DNA from: Lepidodermella squamata
Taxonomy: Eukaryota > Animalia > Gastrotricha
NCBI GenBank assembly: GCA_047495785.1
Contig: JBLDXI010000031.1
Span: 868,001-932,000 of the forward strand
Direction: 5' to 3'
Length of the DNA: 64,000 bases
This document shows, piece by piece, positions 24,979 to 37,529 of this stretch (position 1 is the stretch's first letter; each line of letters begins with the position of its first letter). The translations under genes and the position numbers were made by a program. Below the pieces are notes generated by a model. The model saw only the letters and a list, made by a program, of their open reading frames with translations. It did no database searches and had not been told where the DNA came from.

Positions 24979-25822
24979 CTTCTGTATTTTAGTTTTTTCT
25001 CTTTCCGATCAGACATCTTTGCTTTGGGAGCCATCTCTGCAGCTGGAGCCTTCGCTCTTGTTTTGATTGGTATTGGCGCTTGGCGTGTCTACACAAAAAG
25101 AAAGAAATCGAGATTCCCTAAGAAAAGGAAAATAATCGCCGGCGAAACGGAAATATTTCATTACATCACCCCCTATCGAGATTTCAAGGAAATGCTGGAG
25201 ATGGCACCCGAAGGTCGTGATATTGTTCCACAGATCGAAAATATTAACATTTATCCGAACTGGCTTGAGACAAACGAGTTAATTGGCCAAGGTTTCTTTG
25301 GCGCCATTCATAGGGGCATTTTGAGAAAACCAGGCTGCGAACCTCTTGCTATTGCTCGTTTGAGTATGATTCATGGAAAAAAGATCTCCTGGTGGATTAT
25401 TCCAAACAGATTTGCAGAGGAATGGTTTATCTGTCGTCACGCAATTGTCTTCACAGAGATTTGGCCTGTCGCAACATTTTGGTGTCGGACGATGAAGTTT
25501 TGAAGATTTCAGATTTCGGGCTGTCTCGGTTGGTTTCTGACGAGCACCTCTACTATAGATCAGGCGATATCAGCACCGCTATGATACCAACTCGATGGCA
25601 CCCGCCCGAGTCACTAAGTAGGCAGATTTTTCTACCTAAAGGAGATGTTTGGTCATTTGGCGTTGTTGTTTGGGAAATTTTCGGTTGTAAGTGTAACTTG
25701 ATTGAATTTTCCTGGCACGACTAAAGCCGGTGTTTTCAGTATGTCGTGAAACACCTTATGCTGGGCTCAACAATTTCGAGGTTATTGTCAACGTAAACAA
25801 TGGTTTACGTCCGAGCAAGCCA

Positions 25823-27053
25823 CTGTACCATGACATAAGGGCGCCGGACATAAGGGCGAGAGGCAAAAGAGCGCCGGACAAAAGGGCGAAAGACCGAAGA
25901 GCGCAGACAAAAGGGCGCCGAGACAAAAGGGCGCCTGGACAAAAGGGCGCCTGATTTTTATGTATAACGAAGGCCTATTAGTTATTATTTTTTAAAACGA
26001 TGGCTTTGCGACGCTTTTAGAGGAAGCTAATTGTTTTACAATGCGGAGTGTTGGCAAATATAACCCCTTCGCGAACCAGGTTCATCCCCAGGTCGATTTA
26101 CCGGCTGGGATGGGCTCCCAGGCGCTCGTCCCATTACAGGATAACCTGTTTGACTTTGAAAACCTATTCCCTAATTTAGACGCCATTTGGCATGTGCTAG
26201 ATAATTAATTTTCGATTCGAATGACTTTGTGCTAAATTATTTAATTTATTCAGTCATTGATTAAAATGGTTTGCTTCTCTTGCATGATAATAAATCTCGA
26301 TCAAGTAGATTTTAGGGTTTTATCATAACTCATTTTGCTTATTTTGCTTTCGGAAACCTTATAAAATCTTATGAAACTCACAATCGCATCAATTTCCGAT
26401 TGCAGCATTACTGTAGACCTGGGATGCACCAAGCAACGACATTCAACTATTGACTATCTATTCACCTTTTGATATCGTTGTCTTGGAGCATCGTATATAA
26501 GGCATTTAATATCATGAATAAAACCATTCGTTGAGTTGCGTATGATTGGTGGTCTCTTTGACTTCAAGACATAGACCAGGGTTAACATTACTATTAAGTT
26601 TTACAACTGTGTTACTAGGTATTTTCAATTTTCATGAACAAATCTATAATGAGTATAACAAAAAATGACAAATAAGTGAACTGAATTCATCAGAAAGTTC
26701 AACCTGCCCCAGTCAATCCTACCTGACATTGTCATCTCAGTAATCAAGGACTCATGCAAAATAATTAATAACCACCTGTACAACAAATAATTGTTAAATG
26801 TAAATACCCGTGTCTTTAGGCAATCTGATACTTAGTATTGGACGGAACATTGATTTTTAAATAAACTACTACTAAAAGTAATTGGGAATTTTATCTGGCG
26901 CCCTTATGTCCTGCGCCCTTTTGTCCAGGCGCCCTTTTGTCTCGGCGCCCTTATGCCCTCGCGCCCTTTTGTCCGGCGCCCTTTCGTCTTTCGCTCTAAA
27001 GTCGGCGCCCTTATGTCTGCGCGCTTATGTCTGCGCCCTTATGTCCTACCACG
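25823..27053. mobile_element. Foldback/MULE-like element with inverted arrays of about 15-16-bp repeats
   Basis: gacaaaagggcgcc repeats at 25832-25952 mirrored by ggcgcccttttgtc repeats at 26895-27050; no matching TSD. Confidence 0.7.
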
Positions 27054-27372
27054 AAAATCAGCAATTCATTTCACTAACTATAAAAATGCCCGTCAATCTT
27101 CTATCTCCTTGATTTGCAGATTTTTCCTCAGGTCAATTGCTGATCAACTAAAAGAATCATCTGAATTGCCCTGATATTTCATTTTTAAGCTTATTCCCGG
27201 CCAGAAAATCTCTTGAAATTTATCAGCATTATTAGCATGATCAAATAAGGATATAAATCGTGTTTTTTCAAAGGAACTTCAGTTTTTCCCAATTTTGTTC
27301 CCGGCTGTGTTGCGTAATCATAAAGAATCACGCCCATGTTTTAAGATTTAATTTAATTTCGATACATGGATA

Positions 27373-28617
27373 TACGTCGTTTTTACACGACGGAGGGGTA
27401 CGGAGGCGTTCGTTAACGCCATCGGCTACTATGCTCTATTTAGAGGCTCTGTTAAGACAAATTTCGATTACGCAACTGAGGAATTTCGGAAATTTGAATC
27501 TCGATTTTTTTCCAAAGCGTCAAGAAAGCAATTTCAAAAATGAATTTTAGAAGTATAATTTCTTCTTTATGGGTACTTGAAAGTTATTTTTACTTGTAGC
27601 CTCAATTAGTGGAATATTTCGGCACGTTGAATTTCTTCAATAATTTGATTATCTGATTAAATTTACTAATTTTACCATATTCAAATCGGAAATTTGATGA
27701 GCAAAGAATATTTGACTATCAACCCTAACGTCGATAATTTTTTAAAATCGGTTCACCATTTAGATGGCCATGAATTGAGAATTTCGCCCTATTTTTCTAA
27801 TAAAAGTCGTGACCTACAACAAATAAAACTTGTCCCATGATTTACGCAACCGTTTTTTTAATTTTCAAATTTTTGGAATAAAAAAAACCGAGGAAAATAT
27901 TTGATCCTTTTTAATCGCGATTTAACGAATAAGAGTAGTAGCCGAAAGAAATTCAGCGTGTTCGAGTTATCGTTATTGATTTTTGCAAGTTTTTGGAGGA
28001 AATTTAGCTGAGTTTTTTCAAAATCAAACCTATGGGAAGAATCTTCCAGCCTATATCCGCGATTTACCGTAGAAATTAAAAATTTACGGGGAAAACCCGG
28101 AAAATCCCTGCTTCGGTAATTTTGGTTATTTTACACGCTATAACAGCAGATTTATAATAATTTTTAATTTTTAATCATCCCCCATTTCGACCTCTACAAA
28201 ATATGAAAAACATCGTCGCGGTCCTTGCTTTAAAGAACGACATGTATAAAAAATAATAAAATAAAATAATAAAATACAACACATTTTGATGTCACATTCG
28301 ACATTCAAAATATTCTTCACAGCAGTGAAATGCAGCAAAATGATTTTGCCCAGCCTCCATTTTGAGTGCCATAGCCACGAAAATTAATTTGCTGGTAGCT
28401 GAATTTGATTTCGGCCCAACTTGAATTTAATTTCCTTTAGCTACAACTCATTTTCCAGTAAAAAAAATTCTCAGGGCATTTTCACTCTGAAAACCAATTA
28501 AAAAATGAAAATTCACTTTTTTCGCGAGAGCGCAGTTGCGTCATCAAAACAAAGCGTCTGGCAACTGATGGCATTAACGAACCCCTCCGTAACCCTCCGC
28601 TAGTCTAAAAACGACGA
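27373..28617. mobile_element. Non-autonomous DNA transposon with about 50-bp imperfect TIRs
   Basis: cgtcgtttttacacgacggaggggtacggagg... versus the reverse complement at 28565-28616; TA-rich flanks. Confidence 0.65.
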
Positions 28618-30477
28618 TATTCTCATAAAATTAGACCGATTTCATTTGTTCCAGTTGTCCTGAGTTATCGGAATTTTTTGCCGATTTCCGATAGTCGATA
28701 GGCCTGATCTAACATGAAACTGGCTGCCACTTCTCTACGATTTCATTGCTCAACGCCTTGGCAATTCTTCGGGTTTTTTCACAACTTGTAATCATTGTAT
28801 TTTGACTTTGAAAATCGCAACATCCCGGGGAGGGGCGGCGGGAGCTTCTGCCCGATTTTTTACATTGCTCTGATCTTAATAGGCCAATCGAATGAAAACG
28901 AGATCACGCCTGAGAAGATACACATTTATTCCATTCAATCTTAACACCCTCTTGTTCCCTCTTCCCTCTTGACGGAACCACACTTCTTATGCTTTGAAAT
29001 CGGTCCGTGATTGCTCAATGCCATTAATTCGATGAATTTAAAATAGAAAAAGTCAGGTTAACCGCGAAAAAATTATCGAAAACACATTTTTCATCATAAT
29101 TGTTTCAAATTTCATATCATTTTTCAAATAATTCCACGAATTTTAGGCGAAGCATGAGTTCTGAATTGAACACTGCATTATCAATGTTTGGCTGAATTTG
29201 CTGATGATTAATTCAGAAGTATGCTGGTAAATCTTGACCAAGGTGATTGATTTTTTAAGCTGTGATTTCAAATGAAATGTGTTTGCGAAATCGGACGAGC
29301 TGGGCATTTTTGAAGTAAATTGAAATAATGAGATTCGAGGTTTTTTATTCTGAGTTCGTTAACCCCAGGCAGGACTGAAACTCAGAGTAAAAAAACAATG
29401 CCAACCAGTCAAATCAAAACCGCCCTGGCAAATAAGAATAAAAACGTGGCGACGAACTTTTGATTCATAGTCGTCGCATTTACACGAGCTACTTCGTAAT
29501 TATCGATGTTAATTACTTCGGTTGTTGCGTCATCATTTTTACTTTAACTCGAGTGAGCGCTGTTTTCATTTGTGTGTGAAATTTTTATGGGCGCTGTGAA
29601 CATGTCACGGCAAGGCGATTTAAAACTCAAATTTTGCGGTATCAAGGAATAGCAACCACATTGTTGGCTGGTTTGTGATCTATGCAGTTCTCCTTCTGGA
29701 AAAATAGAATTCAAAATTCGATTTCAAAATTATAAAAATTCATAGATTTTGCCCAAATCCTCCAGCAAATAATTAAGCAACGAATCGCGTCACTGGGGCA
29801 GTTTCCAGCCACCCTGTAGGTATAGTAATACAGACAAATACAAATACTTGGAAAAAACGCAAAAAAATCAGAAAATATTGACAATTTCGAGGTTTTCTCA
29901 TGATTTTCGTGGTTTTCGTTGCGCGTTTCTTTTATAGTCCCAATACAAGCTTAAACTACATTGGATTTTCTAATATTTCCGGAATATCTTTTAGCGGAAC
30001 CAAAGTCGAAATATGCCAAGAGCCATTTTTTGAATATTTATACGAATTTTAGGCTAAGCATGAATTCTGAATTGAACGGTCCCCGTCTGATAGAGAATGT
30101 TGCGCTGAATTCACCGGTGAATTTTCTAGAATTATTGTGGCCAATCTTAACCTGCAATAAATATCCGAAAAGCGATTTCAGGCCACTAGAAAAGTCGAAA
30201 ATTTGGTTCCGCTACAGCATATTTGGTTCCGCTCACCGTAAATTTGGTTCCGCTAAAAGGAGGACCCTAATATTTCTATGAGAAAATTCTCCCTAAATTA
30301 GCACTGTATTCTTCAAAATTGAAACAAAAAATTAAGAGTGAATCCTGGATCTCCTGACGCCGATGCACACTTAAATGAACATGGGCGTAGGACACGTTTT
30401 CAAAAGTTTGGCGATAATTCTTGAAATAATTAATGGCGGTCTACATTTACCGAATTCTAATGATTTACCAAAAACAT

Positions 30478-30577
30478 TGCTCCAGGCGAGGCTCGAACTC
30501 GCGACCTTCGCATAACTCAGCGTACAATCAAGTACTGCTTATAAGTACGACGCACTAACCAACTATGCAACTGGAGC
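30478..30577 (-). tRNA. tRNA-Ile(TAT) with intron, copy 2
   Basis: Identical 100 nt to copy 1. Confidence 0.95.
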
Positions 30578-31158
30578 GGCTGATTAAAGAGACCGAGGTA
30601 GCACTCAAGGTCATTTCATGCTGCTTTGTATAAGGCCAAATACTTAAGAAACATTGTCTACTATGTACTAGTAATAGCAGTCCTGATGAAACTGCAGTCT
30701 TTAATACCTTAAGACCTTCAGGCTGCTAGATGGAAAAGTTTCTTAGGATCCTTTCACTTTTTGAGATTTGTTAGTGATCCGACTAGGTCCAGCTCTGATG
30801 GGACGGCGTTTTGAGCCTAAAATTTGCAAATCAACAGGGGGACCCTTACGTTTTTCAGAAATTTTCGAACGCTAAAGGGGTTTGTTTGCCCCCTTAGCCC
30901 CCGTACTCGGAACACTAGGCAGGATAAAAGTTGTTGAATGGCTCCAGGCGGTTAGTATAGAAAACAGGTGTTTTCGAAAGAATTTTCACAAAGAAAATGT
31001 TGCAAGCCTCTCATTTATTGATGCGTGGACATGTTTCGTTGTGATTGCTGATAATGCTTTTTTGATGAATTAATGATGCAAAATGTGGTATCCTTGAATA
31101 GAATGGTAATGCAAGCTTCCGTTCTTCACTTAAATAAGATCTATCTACTGGTTGGCAG

Positions 31159-34100
31159 TTAATTTTCTAATAACAGACAATATTTTAATCTGATCAATGC
31201 ACATTTATCTTGAAGATAGATTGCCCCGATGTAGAGAGCCATGAGAAATTTAGCCGACCACAGCGTTTCGCCACCAGATATTGACATTCCAGTCGTCGCC
31301 TGGATTGTTTCCATTGTGATCGTGGAATTCGCCGTGCTCATCTCCTCGCTAACGTGGTTGAGGGTGCTCAAACTAGTCGATGTCTTGCTTCTTAGGCTTA
31401 TTAAGTAGTCTTTCATGCTGGTCATGGGTAAGGATATCATATCCTGCGTAGTAATTTTGGTAGTACTTGGCTTTGGCGAGGATGAAGGAATGGTGATGTT
31501 CCACTTGCTTGCTGCTGGATGTCATTTCCTGAGTAGAGCTTGGCTTAAGCGAAGACGATCGCAGAGTTGTCTTGACTGTCTTGCTGGTCGTGGGGGTGGA
31601 CAGAATCTGTCGCGTTGTTTGTGGTTTCAGGGAGGAAGACGTTTTCGCCGCAGCTATGCTTCTAGTCAAGTTTAAATAGTCTTGAAGCATCTCGTTTTCC
31701 ATCCAATGTGTCAATTTGAGGATACTGACAAAGCGAGCGATGTTGGTTGCACTGCAGTTATCATTTCCCAGCTTCAGGTGAATCCCAGCCTGTGAAAGTA
31801 ATTTTAGAATAAATGTTACAACTTATCCTATAATGAGGATTGAAATAGCAGAAACTAACCAACCACAAACTTCGTTTTAGCATTCTGACAGGTTCGACAT
31901 GTCTGATTAGTAGAATCATCGCGCCATCCATTAAATTGCATGGCGAATGGTTATCAAAAGAGGCGCAAATTTCCTCACCGGACTCACAACCAGGGTCAGA
32001 CGTTACCACTTTGCCGTATGAATACTCGAGCCAGCCATCAGAGGGTGACGCAAAGCCGTAAACAATCGCATCCCACGACCGTTCACCCTCGGCGAATTCA
32101 CTCAAAAAGCCGATGTTGTTGTACTCCCATGGCGAAATGCTGAGCCTTCTCTTCAACCTTGCGACAGTTAGACCTTTTTTCGAAGCAATGGCAGTAAAGC
32201 CCGGGTCACTGCAAGTCGCAGGTAGAACCACGTAGCGTTCATCGAAAATGGCTGATGCACAAGAATTGAAAGTCAGAATAAATGGAAATTGATCGGCGGT
32301 TGCTCGGCCCATGTACGGATAAGTTATTGGTATGGCGTTTAGATTTCTATAAGGCCTTGCCTGTCCCTTCAACTGCTTTGGCGACATCTTAACGCGGCAA
32401 CCATCGTAAACCAGCTTGATCTCCTCAAAACTTAGCGGCTCGCGGTAAACTGATAAGCAAGACATCTCATCCCAAGCACCGCCCATAGTTTTCATGCTGA
32501 ACGAATCTATCGTTGTGAAATTAGTTGTTTTTACCATTTCAACGATGCCGTACGTCGAGTAGACAATGACTGCAGATGTGTTCTGCACTATACTGAGATA
32601 CGTCCACTCTTCTTCGACCACAGGTAGATTTATACGGACGTCACCGCATTTTAACTCAACTTGAGTTGAAATTGTCAATTCTAGTTTCCACGATTCGATT
32701 TGCAGCGTGGTGTGTGCCCATGTGGCCATGAGTCGGTAAAAGAAAGCGATGGTGAATCCTGATTCGATTTTGAAATTCAACTTGGTCGAACTCACGCCGA
32801 TCAGTACGCTTGGAACACCGGTTGCGTAATTCCCAAATGGCCCTTGAACGTGTATCTTCGGTAAAAAACCTGAACTGTCTTCAAAATGGAAGGGACCCAT
32901 ATTCATTAATCCTTCCGGGTCGCTTAGGGGCCACATTGCTAAGAGAGATAGCGGCCGAGCATAGGGCATTTCTGAAATTCGATAGGTAATAGATTTCAGC
33001 AAGCGTCTTTGTTCAAGAGCTACCTAGATAACCAATCGAGAGAATGCGAAGGTTCTCAGATGATAGCTTTGCCTGCAGATCTTGACAGATTTCCGCTTCA
33101 CTCTTCAAAGAGCCAATTTTGAAGGGATAATACACTGGAACGTTGAAAGTGGCTCGAACGAGTTGGCATTCAGTACCATCGCAAAAACTGTCCATCGGAG
33201 CCAAGTCGATTATACCATCGGGAGCTAGATTCTGTATACCAGATGAGAGGAACACAGCGCCCACCTGTGAATGAATCGCGAGTTTATTGAATTTTTCCGA
33301 AATCGGCTATATAACATACTTCTTTCAATGCTTTATTGATGATAGAAGTCCTCTTCCTGCTAGGAATTATTGCGTATGAATCGTTCCACGTATCCGACAT
33401 AAGGTATGATCCAACCAGGAGCGCTTTACATAAAAAAGGCACAGCATATAACAATATTCATGTCCCTTTCCCAAAGTGTATATTTGTCTAGAGAACCAAT
33501 CTTTTGATTAAACGTGTCGAACATAAAAACGCTCGAAAATGAAATTTTCCCAATGGTTTATTAAATTTTGCTGCCTAATTTTTTTTTAAATTTTACTAGC
33601 TTTGTTAGCAAATTGAAATGTGTTTTGCTAAATATATATGAATATGTTGATATAAAGCGATATTCTTGATCTATATCACCGTTAAAAAGGTAAAAGTGGG
33701 GTTGGAAAAAGTGATATTTTTATGCCACTTCCAAGGTCAATGAACAAGTAACAAGTAGCCGAGAAAGAGGTGTTGGTTGTCATCAGGGTTGCGGATAAAG
33801 GCAACCTAACTGCCTTACGATTCAAAAACCTAATTTCGCTATGGCATGGACAAAATATTGTAACTTGTAACAGATAGGAAATTAAAGGTATTTCTATACT
33901 TATTGAATTTATTCGAGCTGAATTTGCAAAAAGTACGGCACGCGACCACTTCATATGCCACCTAAGGCCCTATCCACCCATTATAATTTTAATGAAATGA
34001 AAAAGCCGCAGGTACCTCTTTCAAAAAATTTGATTTTCTTCTCATGAATACTAGAAGCAGCCCTCTATCTAATGATACCAGTTACACTTTGTGGTCCATT

Positions 34101-35217
34101 ATGGATAATTTTCTAAAATTCACCAAAAAGTCATATATTTAGTGTTTTTGGGCGAAATTGCCAACGGTTGGCTGTTTTAGTAATTTTTTGAAAAAATTCG
34201 AAAAAATTAGTTTATCCTCGTTGAGAAATTTTCTAGCGCCCGTATTACCAACACAAATCCCCTCTATCCGACGATATAAACTTTGTAGGGTAAATAATTT
34301 ATTTCGATTTTCAGATTTTTTCCGTCTGTGCACAATGGACTTTTAATTCTGAAAAATCTGAAAATCGAAATATAATATTTCCTACAAAGTTTACATCGTC
34401 GGATAGAGGGGATTTGTGTTGGTAATACGGGCGCTAGAAATCAACAGAATTATTAACACCCACCTGGTTGGAAACTAGCTGAAGCCGTATGTCTGCCGAG
34501 GCAATCTTCAATAATCTCGGGAATTCTCTCTCCATCCAAGACTTCGTCGAAAGCGGCTACGCAAGACAAAGCGTCTCGCGGTGTCGTATTGTTGCCAACC
34601 AATACAGTAAGTGGACCAGTCAGCCTCGAGTTGAATTCAATTGTTGTTGCATTGTAGCTGTTAACGACATAATCCGGCTCTTTCGCAATGGAAACTCGGA
34701 GAAATTGGCCTTTGGAGATGGACAGAGCCACGAAAGCAAACTTCCCAGTTTTCACTTGCTCAGAGGAGCGGAACAACGGAACAAATTTTCGTTGCTTGGC
34801 GTATAGCAAAATATTTTGATGGTATGCACCCACTTGAAAGAATAGAGAACTGCTAATGGACTGAATGCCGAAAACGTCCACAGATATATATTTAGCAATG
34901 GTGTTGAGTTTGAAGAAAAAACTTATCGTGACATCAATTTCTGCGTTACCATCCCTCATAGGCAGATCATAGGAACTGATGAGGGCCACATCGCTGAACT
35001 TGCGGCTGGACGACGAGCTCAAGTAGCCGAATGGTCCAGCGATCATTGGGGAAATGACTGCGTTGCACGTGACTCTAGGTTCTGATTTCTTGCTCAAATC
35101 GTAATTGAATGCGAGTTTGTCAAACGTAACGTTGAGAATTGATGGAGGAAGCGTTGCATTCAAATGTTGGCTCCATAACAGTAGAATACTTATTAACAAC
35201 ACCGGCATGGGGCACAT
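31159..35217 (-). CDS. Kinase-less paralogue of the receptor family (ectodomain, long Ser/Thr stalk, hydrophobic tail); apparent frameshift near 31500
   Basis: Same exon structure and motifs as the RTKs (IAGPFGYL, EPDY, SCVAAFD, WPL, GFTIAFF, DQFPF...C...LPATC, CNLMDGA, FVSILKLTHWM); ends in T/S-rich sequence and LWSAKFLMALYIGAIYL, with no kinase before the tRNA. Confidence 0.75.
34230..34440. repeat. Long hairpin (about 90-bp arms) in intron 1 of the kinase-less paralogue
   Basis: tttctagcgcccgtattaccaacacaaatcccctctatccgacg... and its reverse complement. Confidence 0.85.
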
Positions 35218-36128
35218 TCCTGCAGATTGACAGTAAGCTCAGCAAACCGAAATTTAGCTTTCAGTAACGGGTAACGGCTTCTCACGATTTAAATTTCATA
35301 AAGAAATGTGATTATATCGCTCGCTTTTATTAAAAGCGTAGTTCGAAAGCAAACATCTGCTATTTCCTTATCAAGATTATATATCTGTCTGAAATCAAAA
35401 TTTGATTATTTGCATGAAATTAATCGGATAGTTCGTGCAGTGATTTTTTTCATGATTCATGAATTTATGCACAAACATTGTGACGCCGAAATTGCGTCTC
35501 AAGAAAAATCTGAAAATTATAACTCCTTCCAGGTTCTTGCAAAGATCAGCAAAGATCCTTCTCAATTAATCACTGAAAAGTCTTTCCAACATCTTGCAAA
35601 GATTTATAAAGATCTTGAATCTTGGGACATCTTAGCACAACTTAGCAGATTAACCATGGCATTAATCCCTATGGGTGTTCCTTCGGTCGTCAGATGAAAA
35701 TGTCAAAGATCTCCGAAAGTCTTGTAATTATAATAGGCTGAATTTATATGAAATATGTAAGAATGGTATATATTTTAGGGAAAACCGACCAGCATGCCTC
35801 GTGCGAGCTTGATGTTCAATAGCAGCCTTGAAATTTCGGATTGGCTGGACCTTTCCCGAATCAAAAAAAGCTAGTTGAACTATATTCAGCTTCGAACATC
35901 GCCATTTAAGTTGGTTTTATTTTCCATCCTTAAACTGTCTTAAGCTCGCTCTGGGCAATAAAAATGTGGAATAAATAATCATTTACACCTTTAGGTGAAA
36001 AGCAAAGGTAACCGATCATTAGGTTTATTTAGTGTCATATCATGAAGTAAATAGATATCATTGTCATGATTCAGATAACATTCATTACAATTCTTCGTTG
36101 GCTGCCAGTTCGATAATCGCGCTTAAAA

Positions 36129-36508
36129 TCAATCGCGTTTTTGGTCAAAGATTTCTTCGAGCAGAGTCTCCATGATGCTACGAACCGCGTCAGCTTGCGA
36201 AAAAAAATCGTTTAATAAATATTAAAATTCGATAATTTTGAAACACTCACCTCCTGGACCGGCAGATTCGCCATTGGCAGTAGCATCTAAATTACCGAAA
36301 AATTAAAATTAAGTTAAACCCAGACTTGATTGGAGAGTAGTACCTGGATTGGCGCCTGTGCCGCTTCCCGATCCTACTTGCTCGGGAGCTGGATTCGAGA
36401 ATGCCAACGAAGCAAGCAGCAAAATAACTAGCATACAACAAAATTGCTCATCAGCTATGACATCTAGAATTCACTCTTACTTGCAGCGATGAGTAGAACA
36501 GTTCTCAT
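36129..36508 (-). CDS. Small secreted peptide precursor, 70 aa, 4 micro-exons (36508-36481, 36427-36344, 36286-36251, 36193-36129)
   Basis: Three GT-AG introns of 53/57/57 bp, all phase 1, give MRTVLLIAAIILLLASLAFSNPAPEQVGSGSGTGANPDATANGESAGPGADAVRSIMETLLEEIFDQKRD*. Confidence 0.7.
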
Positions 36509-37529
36509 GATTCGATATATCAGAAATTGATGCGAAATTTTAATGAAAATTATTTGATCAAAATTGAGAGCAAAATTGATTGTAAAGGCAATTTTAAAAA
36601 CAATTTACACATCTCGGTGGGCACGTGTCAGATATTTACGATAAATATTTACGTTGAAACGCGTGCCTAGAATTAGTTCAAAAACATTTACTGTTTGAAT
36701 AACGATTGATTCAAAACACATAGAGTCCTGCTCCTGATCAGGCCGGTAAAGGATCCTGAATGAGTATTATGAAGAGTGAAACAATCTGCAAATCAATCAT
36801 TTTTTATTCCGGAGTCCGGCGCCTCACTCTGTTTAGATTACTGATGTTGAAATTCTCGAAGTTTTCAGTTTGCAGGCTGTGGAAATCCTACCGCTTGTTC
36901 CAGCTGTGCTTCGCTGATTCAGACTTCGATATTGCTGTGTTTTTTTAATATATAATTATTGATTGAAATAAACAATATTGATTGATGTTTCGATCTTCAA
37001 TTTTACCTTGATCGCTATATTGTTGTTGCATTAATCTTAAATTATTGTTACATAGTAAATTGTGCCAGAGAATGACAGGGCATTGGAAAACATTTTCCTT
37101 TCGTTCGATGGCTGATTAACTGAGAAGGCGCTGCGGAGCGATGATATTTTGTGGGCGATTTTATTCATGAAGACCGTATTAGTATGCTGCTGAATGTAGA
37201 GTGAAGGTTGGGACGGGACCTTGGAACATGGCAACATCGTTCTCGATAATACCTAAATATTCGTATAGATTTCACAAATCAGAGCTCGACCCTTCACTAA
37301 CACCCAACCCTGGGACAACTCTGACGAACCAAACACAAGGCGATCGCAGATGCCGTGCATTGCCAATCCGTCTCGATCACGGCCAACACCGTTATCGCTT
37401 CATTTTATTAAACCACTTTATTACGTTTCAAGCAGGTGTGAGGCGGTTTTGCCGCGCCCATTTGCGTAAAAGGCTTTGTTATTTAAATTCGAATTTTGGC
37501 CTGAAAAAAATCAGTATTCTGGTTTCTGA

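Larger units (their letters stand above)
22846..25822 (+). pseudogene. Receptor tyrosine kinase copy 2, pseudogene
   Basis: Begins at the second LamG-like exon (5' exons missing); in-frame stop at 23718-23720; MITE insertions; deletion of the kinase N-lobe core with frameshift near 25356; last exon missing after a repeat insertion. Confidence 0.85.

Noticed and set aside
25730-27174. Arg/Lys-rich and Ala/Leu-rich short ORFs
   Set aside because: Translations of the inverted tandem-repeat arms of a foldback-type element; only the first part of 25730 is a real kinase exon
28620-30420. Possible genes in the AT-rich interval
   Set aside because: Only short ORFs and dispersed repeat fragments (for example the ggttccgct and gtcgaaatatgc motifs also seen near 55150); no coherent gene or element ends could be defined
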